From the NCBI RefSeq assembly GCF_003790525.1, contig NZ_CP033635.1: a stretch of 64,000 bases of DNA. One strand, 5' to 3'. Position 1 is the first letter of the stretch. Every line of letters starts with the position of its first letter. Below, one piece after another: positions 1 to 9,688 of this stretch. Source of the stretch: Escherichia coli (lineage in GTDB: Bacteria; Pseudomonadota; Gammaproteobacteria; Enterobacterales; Enterobacteriaceae). A model generated the notes under the pieces. That model saw only the letters and a program-made list of their open reading frames with translations, searched no databases and was not told where the DNA came from. The position numbers and the translations under genes were made by a program.

Positions 1-33
1 AAGTGATATGAAGGTGATTGTGACGGTGACGGG

Positions 34-510
34 TTAAAGCAGACCGTGTTCCGCAAAGGAGAAAACCTGGCTGCCACCGATTATCAGATGGTCCGGTACC
101 CGGATATCCACCAGGGCCAGTGCCTGTACCAGACGTTCCGTAATAAGGCGGTCAGCCTTACTGGGTGTGACTTCACCTGACGGGTGATTGTGTGCCAGTA
201 CCACGGCGGCGGCATTGTGGTACAGGGCGCGTTTAATCACCTCCCGGGGATGGACTTCCGTGCGGTTGATGGTGCCTGTGAAGAGGGTTTCACCGGCAAT
301 CAGCTGATTCTGGTTGTTCAGGTACAGCACCCGGAATTCTTCACGCTCCAGTCCCGCCATGTTCAGAATCAGCCATTCCCGTGCCGCACGGGTGGAGGTG
401 AAGGCCACGCCGGGTTCATGAAGATGGCGGTCCAGGGTTTTCAGGGCCCGCTGAATGAGGCTGCGCTCACCGGGCGTCATCGCTCCGGGCAGAAAGGAAA
501 GCTGTTGCAT
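34..510 (-). CDS. RadC-like JAB/MPN-domain protein (YeeS/YkfG/YfjY family of CP4-type islands)
   Basis: ORF 34..525. The internal Met at 510 gives MQQLSFLPG..., as I recall for K-12 YeeS. Carries the JAB motif LAHNHPSGEVTPSKAD. Confidence 0.88.
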   Translation of the reverse strand: MQQLSFLPGAMTPGERSLIQRALKTLDRHLHEPGVAFTSTRAAREWLILNMAGLEREEFRVLYLNNQNQLIAGETLFTGTINRTEVHPREVIKRALYHNAAAVVLAHNHPSGEVTPSKADRLITERLVQALALVDIRVPDHLIIGGSQVFSFAEHGLL

Positions 511-525
511 TGTGCTTCTCTCCAT

Positions 526-1005
526 TCAGTCGATGATGCGCATAATGGCGCTGCATTCCGGATGCTGCAGGGCGTAATCCCGCAGACGGTAATAATGAAC
601 CGTCATGGCATAACACTCCGTACGACAGGCATGATGACTGTACGTCATCAGACAGGCAGCAATGCCGGCGGCTTCCGGGCTCATTTCAGCGCGGTTACCG
701 TTCATGGCATTGAACAGTACCCATGTTTCGTCATCATCATCATCCGGTTCGGGTGCCATAAATGCCCCGCCGTTGTTCAGGGTGTACAGATTCCAGATAC
801 CACCGCAGTAGTCTTCACACAGACGGTCCATCCAGCCGAAGACACGGGGCTCCAGGGTCACCCACTGTGGAATGAGGCCAAAGTGCTGCGGCCAGAAGCT
901 GATACGTTGTTCATCAGGGACGAGGCTGGCAACCAACTGAGGCGGATTATTCTCTGGTGTTGTAGCTGAATAAATTGTGGGGGTATTCTGAGAAACGGTT
1001 TTCAT
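526..1005 (-). CDS. antirestriction protein (YfjX/YafX family)
   Basis: 159-aa ORF sitting directly upstream of the radC-like gene, as in CP4-type islands. Has the acidic PEPDDDDDETW patch and the conserved C-terminal half typical of this family. Confidence 0.82.
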   Translation of the reverse strand: MKTVSQNTPTIYSATTPENNPPQLVASLVPDEQRISFWPQHFGLIPQWVTLEPRVFGWMDRLCEDYCGGIWNLYTLNNGGAFMAPEPDDDDDETWVLFNAMNGNRAEMSPEAAGIAACLMTYSHHACRTECYAMTVHYYRLRDYALQHPECSAIMRIID

Positions 1006-1086
1006 GAGATAACGCCTTAAATAACAAATAAATGTGTGTTTTTCAGGAACGAAAGCTGAATGATTCCCTCACTCAGGGAAACGGCA

Positions 1087-1908
1087 TCAGCGCAGGCTCT
1101 CCAGCATCGTTTCTGCTATCACCCACAATGCGCGATTGAGCTTAATGTCGGTATCAATGCTGTGAATGGCCCGGGTGTGGATACGTTTTCCTTTTGCACT
1201 GCGTCCCTGAAGACCGCCCTTGAGCATATTCTCCTGGATGGTCTGATAAGCACTCCACAGGTCCTTACCGTAATCCTCCCGGCGTCGTGGTGTCAGAATG
1301 TCGGCGGTGGTGACGGGCTGATGTTCATCACCATAACGGTAAGTCAGTGCCGCCTGTGCCAGCGCCTGGCGTGCCGGTGGCGGCAGGACCAGCGACTGCA
1401 TGGCATCACGCTTCTCCTCTATCCGGTCAAACACGCCCACCACCTCGTAAGCCCCTTCAATGACTCTGTCCACCACATTTCCCCTGTGCGGAACACGCAC
1501 CTCTCCCAGAGACTGACCACAGACGCACCCGTTCTGGCAGACGAATCTGAAGTAACCCGGCAGCATCTGGTAGCTGGAGGTACCGTCATGGGAGTTGAGC
1601 AGGATGATCTCCGGGACATGCTGTCCGTTTATTTCCCCGTCACGACGTAGACGCAGCATGTGTTTTGTGTATCCCCGGTGGCCCGGGTCCCGTACGCGGG
1701 TCTGGCAGGCGAAAAAGGGCTGGAAGCCTTCCCGCTGCAGGCTTTCCAGCACGGTGATGGTGGGGATATACGTATAGTTCTGGCTTCGGGACGTGTGTTT
1801 CTCTTCCCCGAAAATACTCGGTACATGGTGCATCAGCTCTTCATGTGTCAGTGGGCGGTCACGGCGTATCTGGTTTGCAGCATAACCAAAACGACTGGCT
1901 AATCGCAT
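1087..1908 (-). CDS. DUF932 protein (YfjQ/YafZ family)
   Basis: 273-aa ORF starting MRLASRFG..., in the conserved position within the CP4-type module. Confidence 0.82.
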   Translation of the reverse strand: MRLASRFGYAANQIRRDRPLTHEELMHHVPSIFGEEKHTSRSQNYTYIPTITVLESLQREGFQPFFACQTRVRDPGHRGYTKHMLRLRRDGEINGQHVPEIILLNSHDGTSSYQMLPGYFRFVCQNGCVCGQSLGEVRVPHRGNVVDRVIEGAYEVVGVFDRIEEKRDAMQSLVLPPPARQALAQAALTYRYGDEHQPVTTADILTPRRREDYGKDLWSAYQTIQENMLKGGLQGRSAKGKRIHTRAIHSIDTDIKLNRALWVIAETMLESLR

Positions 1909-2008
1909 ACTTTGCTCCTTATCGGTGGTTAAGATTTACTGGTGTAATAAATGAAAAAAACCACGTCTCCCGGAGAAGACGCGGCCTGACAGATGAAATG
2001 AATGACGT

Positions 2009-2242
2009 TTATTGTCTGAGAAGCCCTTCACTGGCGAGATACGGATTTAGCTGTTTTCCGGCATCAGGTTCAAAATTCCAGCACCGCCAGCGTAGCTGCC
2101 CTTCAGCATTGCGAATAACCAACCGGAAATGCGTTCCCTGGTCATCTTCAGTAAACACATTGCGGTAAGCTGTTGTGACAGCCATCGCCTGTTCGCGTGA
2201 GAAAGGGCCTTCGGGCAATAAAACAGGGTGACAGTCCGACAT
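2009..2242 (-). CDS. DUF905 small protein (YkfF-like)
   Basis: 77-aa ORF. The motif [24 protein letters not shown] resembles recalled K-12 YkfF. Confidence 0.72.
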   Translation of the reverse strand: MSDCHPVLLPEGPFSREQAMAVTTAYRNVFTEDDQGTHFRLVIRNAEGQLRWRCWNFEPDAGKQLNPYLASEGLLRQ

Positions 2243-2247
2243 ACCGG

Positions 2248-2925
2248 CTATTTTCCGATAAATTCAACGCTGGCACCGGTGGCATTACCGTCAGCACCAA
2301 CCGTGACGGTCACTTTGTCGTACGCACGGTCTTCAGGATTGAACACTTCAAACTCAACCTTATTGCCTTTTACTTCGTAAGAGCCAAAATCAGCGGTTTC
2401 TGTTGTTTCCTCGTCATATTCCCGGGCGTATGCCTGCCGGGCAGCCTGCAGGACGGAATCTTTATTAATAGTGGTCGTCTGTTTCGGGGAAAAACCGGCA
2501 AGTGATGTGACAAATTTCGGACAGACCTTCAGCATATCACCGCGGGTGAATTCCATTCGTACACCAAATGCCTGTAAAACGGACACATCACGCTCTGCTA
2601 TGGAGTGAACGGCTTTTTTGACCATTTCCGGCGCCTGTCCGACTTCCACCTCAACAGCCCTGAATCCCGTCTGCTGATTACACATTTGTGATGTGGGGAT
2701 CAGGTTACCGTTAATACTGATACGGCTGCCCAGGAGCGTCTGTACGCCATTCGGGCATTCCTGCATCAGGCCGGTAATACCAATCGTGCCATTTTTCAGC
2801 ATTACCAGTGCCTGACCATCTTCCGTCATGGTCTGACACCAGCCGTTTTTGACAGCCCAGTTGCCGGCGGAGGCGGAGAAGGATGCCACAGTGAACAGCA
2901 GGGGAAAAAGAATTCTGGTATTCAT
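2248..2925 (-). CDS. exported hypothetical protein (signal peptide)
   Basis: 225-aa ORF with an N-terminal signal-like segment [20 protein letters not shown]. Tightly packed in the same operon-like string, 5 nt before the DUF905 gene. Confidence 0.6.
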   Translation of the reverse strand: MNTRILFPLLFTVASFSASAGNWAVKNGWCQTMTEDGQALVMLKNGTIGITGLMQECPNGVQTLLGSRISINGNLIPTSQMCNQQTGFRAVEVEVGQAPEMVKKAVHSIAERDVSVLQAFGVRMEFTRGDMLKVCPKFVTSLAGFSPKQTTTINKDSVLQAARQAYAREYDEETTETADFGSYEVKGNKVEFEVFNPEDRAYDKVTVTVGADGNATGASVEFIGK

Positions 2926-3043
2926 GACTGACCTCTGAAATTAAAGAGCGTGTTATTGATAATGACAGACGGTATACGGCAGTGGTTACCGTAATCCGTT
3001 GTCGTGTAAAGGTATACGGTTGCCACGGGGGACTCCGGGGCGC

Positions 3044-3928
3044 TCAGAACAGGTGATCCCACAGTGTGACCAGCAGGTGGATAATGCGGGCCCGGGCTTT
3101 ACGCAGAAGCTGTAACATCCAGGCCGGAAAACTGAACCGGGCAGCGGCGTCGTCAAAACTTTTCCCGATGGCGTCACCAAAAGTCTGTTGTGCGTGTTTC
3201 TGGGCCTGTTCAGAGCGGTTTTCTCCCCGGATATGTGAATAAACCGCGCTGGTTGCCTGTGGTGGCAGTGCGTGGATCATCAGTGACACCAGTGCCTGAA
3301 GATTCCAGCCGACAGGCGCTGCAACGGAGAGTACCGGAAATGATGACGGGAACAGGGTGGCCACCCGGGCTGTTACTGTCGCCAGTGAGAGTTCCTGCTG
3401 ACGGGACGGGCATTTTTCTGTGTCGTTCCATTCTTCAGCAGGAAACACGCGATCGGCATGGCTGAGAACAAACAGAAAACGCGAGGGATCGGCATCTTCA
3501 TTCAGTAAAAACTGATGCATGGCGATGTCGGCAGCATACGCACGTTCATCAGCCCGCAGGATCCAGATAATCAGATCCAGTTCCGGTAGCAACTGATGAT
3601 AAAGTGCCCGGTATTCCTGATCATGCTGCGGTGTCTCACCAATGCCGGGCAGATCGACCAGCGTCATTCTGCGTTCACCGATCTGCAGGGTGAGGTGATG
3701 AGCCTGGCGGGTGCAGCCGTTCAGGGGATGCGTGGCGCAGATATGGGACTGAAAAATGGCATTACACAGGCTGCTTTTGCCTGTGCCGGATTTACCCATA
3801 ATGCCAATCACGGGCTCGTAATGAATAACACCGTGGAGATGTTCAAGGATTTTCTGGCGAATTTCTTCAGGAAGAAACGTCAGATATGATTTCACTTGTG
3901 CAGAGAGGGAAGAATGGCTGAATGACAT
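3044..3928 (-). CDS. YfjP/YeeP/YkfA-type small GTPase
   Basis: P-loop GKSGTGKSS, a DLPG (G3) motif, and the conserved first-gene position in the CP4-type tail module. Confidence 0.85.
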   Translation of the reverse strand: MSFSHSSLSAQVKSYLTFLPEEIRQKILEHLHGVIHYEPVIGIMGKSGTGKSSLCNAIFQSHICATHPLNGCTRQAHHLTLQIGERRMTLVDLPGIGETPQHDQEYRALYHQLLPELDLIIWILRADERAYAADIAMHQFLLNEDADPSRFLFVLSHADRVFPAEEWNDTEKCPSRQQELSLATVTARVATLFPSSFPVLSVAAPVGWNLQALVSLMIHALPPQATSAVYSHIRGENRSEQAQKHAQQTFGDAIGKSFDDAAARFSFPAWMLQLLRKARARIIHLLVTLWDHLF

Positions 3929-4034
3929 ACCGGTATCCTGTTGATTTCGCTGAACCGGATCACACTAATCCGGTTTATCATTCAGGTAATATGGACGTGA
4001 AAAAATCTGGAGTGACAAAGTGTGGAGGGAAGAG

Positions 4035-5009
4035 ATGACGGCACAACAAAGTGATGCGCTGCGTGAGATTGCTAATAAAGCCAGAGTTACCACCATTCTT
4101 CAGAGTAAGGCCTGGAAAGATACCCAGCGAATACTGAAGCGCAGCGGACTTGTGTGCAGAGAACGATCAGAGCCGTTTGATCCGGAGAAACATTTTGACT
4201 GTTATACGGTGCGTTATCTGTACCTGCTTAACATAATAGCACTTGAGCTAAGGCCAGATACAAGGCCAGATACACGGATTAAGGTTGAGGTGGGCCACTG
4301 GTATCGTATGACGGGTAAACGTTTATCACTTAATGTCCCGCCTTTTATGCTGATTCCGCGTAATATCCGGAGAAAAGTGGATGGATTCAGGCAATCAGAA
4401 GGTAAAACAACAAAAAAACCGACTCAACCGTTCACGGGCAGTTTGTATGAGGTTTTGAGCGGGGATATTGATTCGGCTAAGCTGGACGCATGGATTGCTG
4501 GACTACCTCTGAGTGCGCTGGAGGGAGCGAAGGAAATCCCAATCATGGGATTTAGTCCATGGGTTGTAGCCAAATCTGTTCGTCAGTCTGCATCCCCGAC
4601 GTTTGAACTTTTTTATCAGGAGTATCAGTCCCTGGTATTAAAATCTGTTTTTAAACTGGAACCGGGATTTGAACAACTTTTAACAAGACTAAGCTTTATA
4701 AAACAATCAATCCTCAGCAAACAACAATACAGGGTTAAATCGCAGTTACTGGAGAGACTGGGGAATGTGTTGTTTTTCACGTTGCTTTATAACCAGGGAT
4801 GTCCGGGAGAGTTTATAAATACACTTGTGGAAAAGGAGGACATTTATCTGAAAGCGTCCCCCGGGGAAGAAAAGGTGAAAGCACACCAGAAGCTGATTAA
4901 CTACATTGAAGAGTTCTGCAACGAAATGACGGAAAAGTACCTGATGCCTGCAGCCGGGAGACACTACAAAAAGAGGAAAACTGCCAGGAGTGGAAGTAGT
5001 GAAAGTTAA
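4035..5009 (+). CDS. hypothetical protein (324 aa from ATG 4035), no recognisable domain
   Basis: Long uninterrupted ORF (track 4020..5009). ATG 4035 follows GGAGGG at 4024-4029. Divergent from the GTPase operon. Contains a 12-bp tandem repeat (aaggccagatac x2) encoding RPDTRPDT. Confidence 0.6.
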   Translation: MTAQQSDALREIANKARVTTILQSKAWKDTQRILKRSGLVCRERSEPFDPEKHFDCYTVRYLYLLNIIALELRPDTRPDTRIKVEVGHWYRMTGKRLSLNVPPFMLIPRNIRRKVDGFRQSEGKTTKKPTQPFTGSLYEVLSGDIDSAKLDAWIAGLPLSALEGAKEIPIMGFSPWVVAKSVRQSASPTFELFYQEYQSLVLKSVFKLEPGFEQLLTRLSFIKQSILSKQQYRVKSQLLERLGNVLFFTLLYNQGCPGEFINTLVEKEDIYLKASPGEEKVKAHQKLINYIEEFCNEMTEKYLMPAAGRHYKKRKTARSGSSES

Positions 5010-5797
5010 TCCAGTCTACCGTTCAGAATCAGTTGTTCCAGAATAGCCTGCTGTGTTGTTTTCCTCGCTCTGGTCAGTCTGTCCAGAGCGCTTTTTGCGG
5101 ACGGTGATATCTTTACGTTAATTTGTACCCGTTTATCTTTTTTCCCGTCGATAAACTGTTTTCTGAAAGCGTCGTGCATTCTTCTGTAAAAATGTTCTTC
5201 AGCGCAGATCCCGACATGAAACTCTTTGTCGTTGTACTGGCATGGTATATCTCCGGGATACAGTATTTTAAGCAATGCTAAGATGGCAATGCGTTTCTCT
5301 TCGTTATTGACGGGGCAAAACCAGGTTAAATGTGACTCGGGAATACGAATGTTAATATATTTCCATGCCCACTCGAGTTGTTCCGGATTTTTTTTAAGCC
5401 ATGTAGCCTGGTTTTTGTTCCCGATTTCCTTCCAGTTTTTATAGATGGCATCAACGAGATTTTTAGTAAAAGCTTCCGTTTCTATCTGTGCTACACTATC
5501 AATCCATCGCCTGATGATCTCCAGCCGAATCTCATGGGTTGAGGATGACAGCTTACTGATGCAAACAGATTCTTCAGAAGTGGGAAGTTGCATGGTAAGT
5601 TCATAGTAACTGCTCCCTGACACTTTCATATCCTTTATCACCAGACAAAACCAGAATGCTGCAACTTTATCCTTAAGCCATTCAGGTAAATGCCTATCCT
5701 GCACATGACGCGATTTTAACGAATTCAGATTTTCTCCATTTTTCGATAAAAATTGATTCTGTTTATCTCGCCCCTGATCGTTAATCCGTAATGTCAT
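5006..5797 (-). CDS. hypothetical protein (263 aa) with C-terminal ribbon-helix-helix-like tail
   Basis: Track ORF 5006..5845. ATG 5797 follows AAGGAG. The C-terminus VQINVKISPSAKSALDRLTRARKTTQQAILEQLIL has a beta-strand/helix/helix pattern like CopG/Arc RHH. Its stop overlaps the stop of 4035..5009 within TTAA. Confidence 0.6.
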   Translation of the reverse strand: MTLRINDQGRDKQNQFLSKNGENLNSLKSRHVQDRHLPEWLKDKVAAFWFCLVIKDMKVSGSSYYELTMQLPTSEESVCISKLSSSTHEIRLEIIRRWIDSVAQIETEAFTKNLVDAIYKNWKEIGNKNQATWLKKNPEQLEWAWKYINIRIPESHLTWFCPVNNEEKRIAILALLKILYPGDIPCQYNDKEFHVGICAEEHFYRRMHDAFRKQFIDGKKDKRVQINVKISPSAKSALDRLTRARKTTQQAILEQLILNGRLD

Positions 5798-6430
5798 CTG
5801 TTTTCTCCTTCTTTCCGGGTTATCTGTTATTAAACCCCATATCAATAAAACGAGTGCAATGCAATAAAATTTACAAATAAAAGCATTTTGTGTTCACAGA
5901 ACGATTATTCACCAGTTATTAATGCAATAAAATATTCCTGAACTATTCCTTGATTAGGAAAAACATGCTATCAACTATGGTTCATGTGCCCCTTGTGGAG
6001 GGCGTTTTGCCGTTCGGCTGTTCTTGTGGTCAGATTAACAATCTGAAGAGTAAAGACGACAGTAATCTGTCTGTTATAGTGGCGATAAAAACACTGAATG
6101 TGCATCCTGTATGTGAAATCCGGTCATGTGGAGCAGTAAGCAATGACAGACATGCATGTTATATGTGAAGGGGGCCGGGAGACGACATAATCAGTATGGC
6201 TGTCATTCTGGTTGTAAAACGCGATCACTTTCCGGGGGTAAAAGATGATATGGAGGCTGACAAACGGTTTGCTTCGGATTGTCTTTTCTGGGGCCTGAAA
6301 TACGGGGGCAGAAAAATAATTCCAGAGTAAATCTGCTCTGTTTTTAGGACAGAAAACTCCATGCTGGCTGTAAAAGTGAGAAATCAACACCCAGTATGTA
6401 TGGAAGTCTGAAGATGTTGAGAATGTCGGT

Positions 6431-6622
6431 ATGATACTATATACACATGTTTTTATTAAGTGTTATATACATATCTTTTTAAATAGATAATTCTACACAT
6501 ATTTTACTAAGTATTTTTACTAAGCATTTCAGTAAGTGTTATACACGTATTTTCTACTAAGTGTTTTACCAGACATACACGTGTTTTCATAAACAGCCCT
6601 ATAAGTGTTTTCATTAAGCATT
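6431..6622. repeat. iteron-like array: four ~22-35 bp units ATACAC(A/G)T..TTTT..A(C/T)TAAGT(G/A)TT plus extra TAAG(C/T)(A/G)TT half-sites
   Basis: Units read at 6431-6454, 6494-6516, 6541-6565 and 6575-6609. Half-sites at 6521-6528, 6533-6540 and 6615-6622. Confidence 0.6.
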
Positions 6623-7522
6623 GCTGTACACATTGCTTTGTCTGAAACTCATCCAGTTTAGTAAATCTTTACGTTAGCTAAAATCAGTTTAAAGCTGCTG
6701 TAAAACCTTTCTGTTTAAGCAATCAATCTGCTATTCGATTTTACTGATGTTGCGTTTAACCTTTTCTGAGATTTCGAGTTTCGACGTTAGCATGAGAAAA
6801 GTATCTTTACGCTAAATCAACCCGAACTTTCCTGAAGTAATCTGACGTTTTTTTCGATGTGCTTTCGACGATTCTGTTAAACGACTTTCTGGATGTTTTG
6901 ATAACAATCAGATTGAGGCATTAACGATTCCTGACGTTTTGCTTTTTCATGTAAGGTCATTGTTTTCGTCATGATGTGATTTTTCTTCTTGCATTGCGAA
7001 AGTGTGATGATTGGTTTTGGTTTTTTGATTCAGATGAGATTTACGTTATCGATGGTTAATCGTTTTTATGGTGCGTAGTGAAATGTAACATTTTCGGGAT
7101 GAGAAAATCGATTCTGATGGTGATGGGGATGATCGTGTTACGGCGTTATCTGTAAACAGGTTTTAAACGTGTCATTCGCATTCGTGATTGAGTAATGTGG
7201 TTAAGCTGTAGGTTTTGGTGTTGTTGTTGATTCACAGCGCCAGAAAGTGCTCTGATTGCGTTTCTGGTGTTTTGTTCGAATGTTCTGTGGATCCTTTTCC
7301 CTTCTGACTTTTCTCGTTGTCCATGTCGTTTTTAAATCCATTCGCTGTTCTTGAGTGTTTTTACCCTGCGTGTAGAATTATCTTTTCGTTCCGGGATGGT
7401 TTGTTCCGTTTCAATCACTCTTAATCAGAGAGTTGTAGCATTGCTCAATGCCGGATGCCGTAAAGTTTTACCGCAGTGATTAATGATGTGAAGTCAATCC
7501 AAATCAACGGAGATCTCTCATC

Positions 7523-8254
7523 ATGAATCAACCAATACACAATGCTTACTGGTTATCCCGTTTTGACAGCCTTCTCAACAGTGCCCTGGCGCAACACCGT
7601 GCCGTTTCGTTAATCCGGGTGGATTTACGTTTTCCTGAGTATATGCCTGCCACCATTATGGATACCGATTTAGATTCAGCGGTGATTTCTCGTTTTTTCG
7701 AATCCCTGAAAGCCAAAATCCAGGCTTACCAGCGGAAAAAACGACGTGCCAACAAGCGTGTGCGTGCAACCACCCTGCATTATTTCTGGTGTCGGGAGTT
7801 TGGCAAGGAAAAAGGCAGGAAACATTATCACGTGATATTACTGCTCAACAAAGATACCTGGTGCTCGCCAGGGGATTTCACCGTTCCTTCTTCGCTGGCG
7901 ACACTGATCAAGCTGGCATGGTGTAGTGCTCTGCATCTTGAGCCCTGGCAGGGTAATGGACTGGTTCATTTTTCCAGGCGGACGCCTTTCCGTAAACCGA
8001 CATCATCTGATGCTCGCCCTTCTTCCGATGATACGCCTTTGTCGGGTGGATGTTCTGATACCAGGAAGGCTTCAGACAAAAAGCCGGGTGAAGCCGCTGT
8101 TCTCTGGATCAAGCGTGGTGATGTGGAAGCGCTGCAGAAAGCCCGGAACAGAGCCAGTTATCTCGTGAAATATGAGACGAAGCAGCATGACGGTTCCGGG
8201 CAACGTAATTATGGTTGCAGTCGTGGGCCGGGGCGTCTGCTGGATGGCAGGTGA
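7523..8254 (+). CDS. YfjJ/YagK (inovirus Gp2-type) family protein, paralogue 1
   Basis: 243-aa ORF. The N-terminal VSLIRVDLRFPEY... and HYHVILLLN motifs are typical of this family. SD GGAGA lies 9 nt upstream. Confidence 0.75.
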   Translation: MNQPIHNAYWLSRFDSLLNSALAQHRAVSLIRVDLRFPEYMPATIMDTDLDSAVISRFFESLKAKIQAYQRKKRRANKRVRATTLHYFWCREFGKEKGRKHYHVILLLNKDTWCSPGDFTVPSSLATLIKLAWCSALHLEPWQGNGLVHFSRRTPFRKPTSSDARPSSDDTPLSGGCSDTRKASDKKPGEAAVLWIKRGDVEALQKARNRASYLVKYETKQHDGSGQRNYGCSRGPGRLLDGR

Positions 8255-8610
8255 GCCCTGTAAAACGACATCCGGTGCCTGAGCTTATGCTACAGGACGT
8301 TGGCTGACGCCCTTAGCTCGTTTTCTGAAAAAGTCGTCCTGAAGTCATGCAACGGTATTTTTCTCTGCTTTCGCTCCTGGAAACACTCCGTCGGTAAAAC
8401 CTTACTGTCCTGCTTAATGATGTGAACCGAAGTCAACGGAGAGCATTCATTCTGAACCTGCATCCGGTGTTCTGTCCCTTGTCGGTTACCTGATCTTCCC
8501 GTTCTGCCGCGGTTTTTCACTTATTCCATCAACCCCATACGCAAGCCATAACACGTCAGCGCATCCACGGGCAGGACGCGTTGTGGGCTGCGTATAACGG
8601 AACATATCTT

Positions 8611-9183
8611 ATGAATGCTATCCCTTATTTCGACTATAGCCTTGCCCCCTTCTGGCCATCTTATCAGAACAAAATCATCGGCGTTCTCAACCGTGTGTTG
8701 CGCGAGCAGTCCTGCTCCCGAATACGGCGGATCCTGCTTCGTCTGCCGGGGGAACATGGCAACATCTTCAGCGACAGAAAAACCTGGTTCGGTATGGCCT
8801 TTATCGAAACCGTCAGTGCGCTGATGAATGCAACCCCCGGACGCGACCTCTGCTGGCTCCTGACACGTCATCCTGAAAAACCGGAATACCACGTGGTGCT
8901 GTGCGTCAGACAGGAATATTTCGACGGCCCTGAGCTGGACCGGTTGATTCTGGATGCCTGGAGCAACGTACTGGGCTTCGCGTCACCGGGTGAAGCAGCA
9001 CCGTACCAGAAACAGATAACCCGGGATGTGGTGCTGGACAGTTGTTCACCGGACTGCGAAGAGAGACTCAAAGAGCTGATATGGGCGTTCAGTGATTTCG
9101 CCCGCGATCGTCGTGGTGTGCGCGATCCGGAAGCCCGTTACCTCGCCGGTAATCCCTGGTATCCCGTAGCAGGCCAGCTCTGA
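8611..9183 (+). CDS. YfjJ/YagK family protein, paralogue 2
   Basis: Track ORF 8581..9183; ATG 8611 gives MNAIPYFDY... Contains RRILLRLPGEHG and YHVVLCV, the same block order as paralogue 1. Confidence 0.68.
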   Translation: MNAIPYFDYSLAPFWPSYQNKIIGVLNRVLREQSCSRIRRILLRLPGEHGNIFSDRKTWFGMAFIETVSALMNATPGRDLCWLLTRHPEKPEYHVVLCVRQEYFDGPELDRLILDAWSNVLGFASPGEAAPYQKQITRDVVLDSCSPDCEERLKELIWAFSDFARDRRGVRDPEARYLAGNPWYPVAGQL

Positions 9184-9251
9184 AAGCTCAGCTCAGCAGA
9201 TTCACCCGCATTTGCCCAACATTCATAAATCTCACAGAGGACATTCTGACC

Positions 9252-9488
9252 ATGTTGACCTCAATGACAGGTCACGACAGCGTATTGCTGCGTGCCGACG
9301 ATCCCCTGATCGACATGAACTACATCACCAGCTTCACTGGTATGACCGACAAATGGTTTTACAAGCTGATCAGTGAAGGCCATTTCCCTAAACCCATCAA
9401 ACTGGGGCGCAGCAGCCGCTGGTACAAAAGTGAAGTGGAGCAGTGGATGCAGCAACGAATCGAGGCATCACGAGGGGCAGCAGCATGA
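9252..9488 (+). CDS. AlpA-family phage/island transcriptional regulator
   Basis: 78 aa. GMTDKWFYKLISEGHFPKPIKLGRSSRWYKSEVEQW is the classic AlpA/MerR-like HTH signature. Confidence 0.85.
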   Translation: MLTSMTGHDSVLLRADDPLIDMNYITSFTGMTDKWFYKLISEGHFPKPIKLGRSSRWYKSEVEQWMQQRIEASRGAAA

Positions 9489-9688
9489 AACGTGTTGTAA
9501 TGCCGGTACGCTGGCAATGTGCAAAATACCAGCGTTGGTATTGTGGAAATCAGCCCTGTCCCTGGTGCTGGCGACCTGCTGCCCCCGTCTGTCATTCCTC
9601 GTTCTTCGCTGTAACAGGCATCGTACCGGTCTCGGCGTGCTTTCCTGCGTACCGACACCGGTTCAGCAACATTCAAGGGGATCAAATC

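Noticed and set aside
184-1650. Plus-strand ORFs 184..969 (261 aa) and 1060..1650 (196 aa)
   Set aside because: They are fully antisense to the radC-like, antirestriction and DUF932 genes, which have clear family signatures. The plus-strand products look like random translation (Gly/His/Arg-rich, no motifs).
5950-6390. Small ORFs 5950..6168 (+) and 6124..6390 (-) at the left edge of the non-coding stretch
   Set aside because: They overlap each other and have non-canonical or weak starts and no motifs. They may be decayed gene fragments. I kept them as part of the ORF-poor region finding instead of calling CDSs.
9443-9688. 5' extension of the third YfjJ-type ORF (track start 9443), overlapping alpA
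   Set aside because: The extension is Cys/Trp/Arg-rich, overlaps the alpA 3' end, and has no similarity to the N-termini of paralogues 1 and 2. A GTG with a good SD at 9689 gives a protein collinear with the family.
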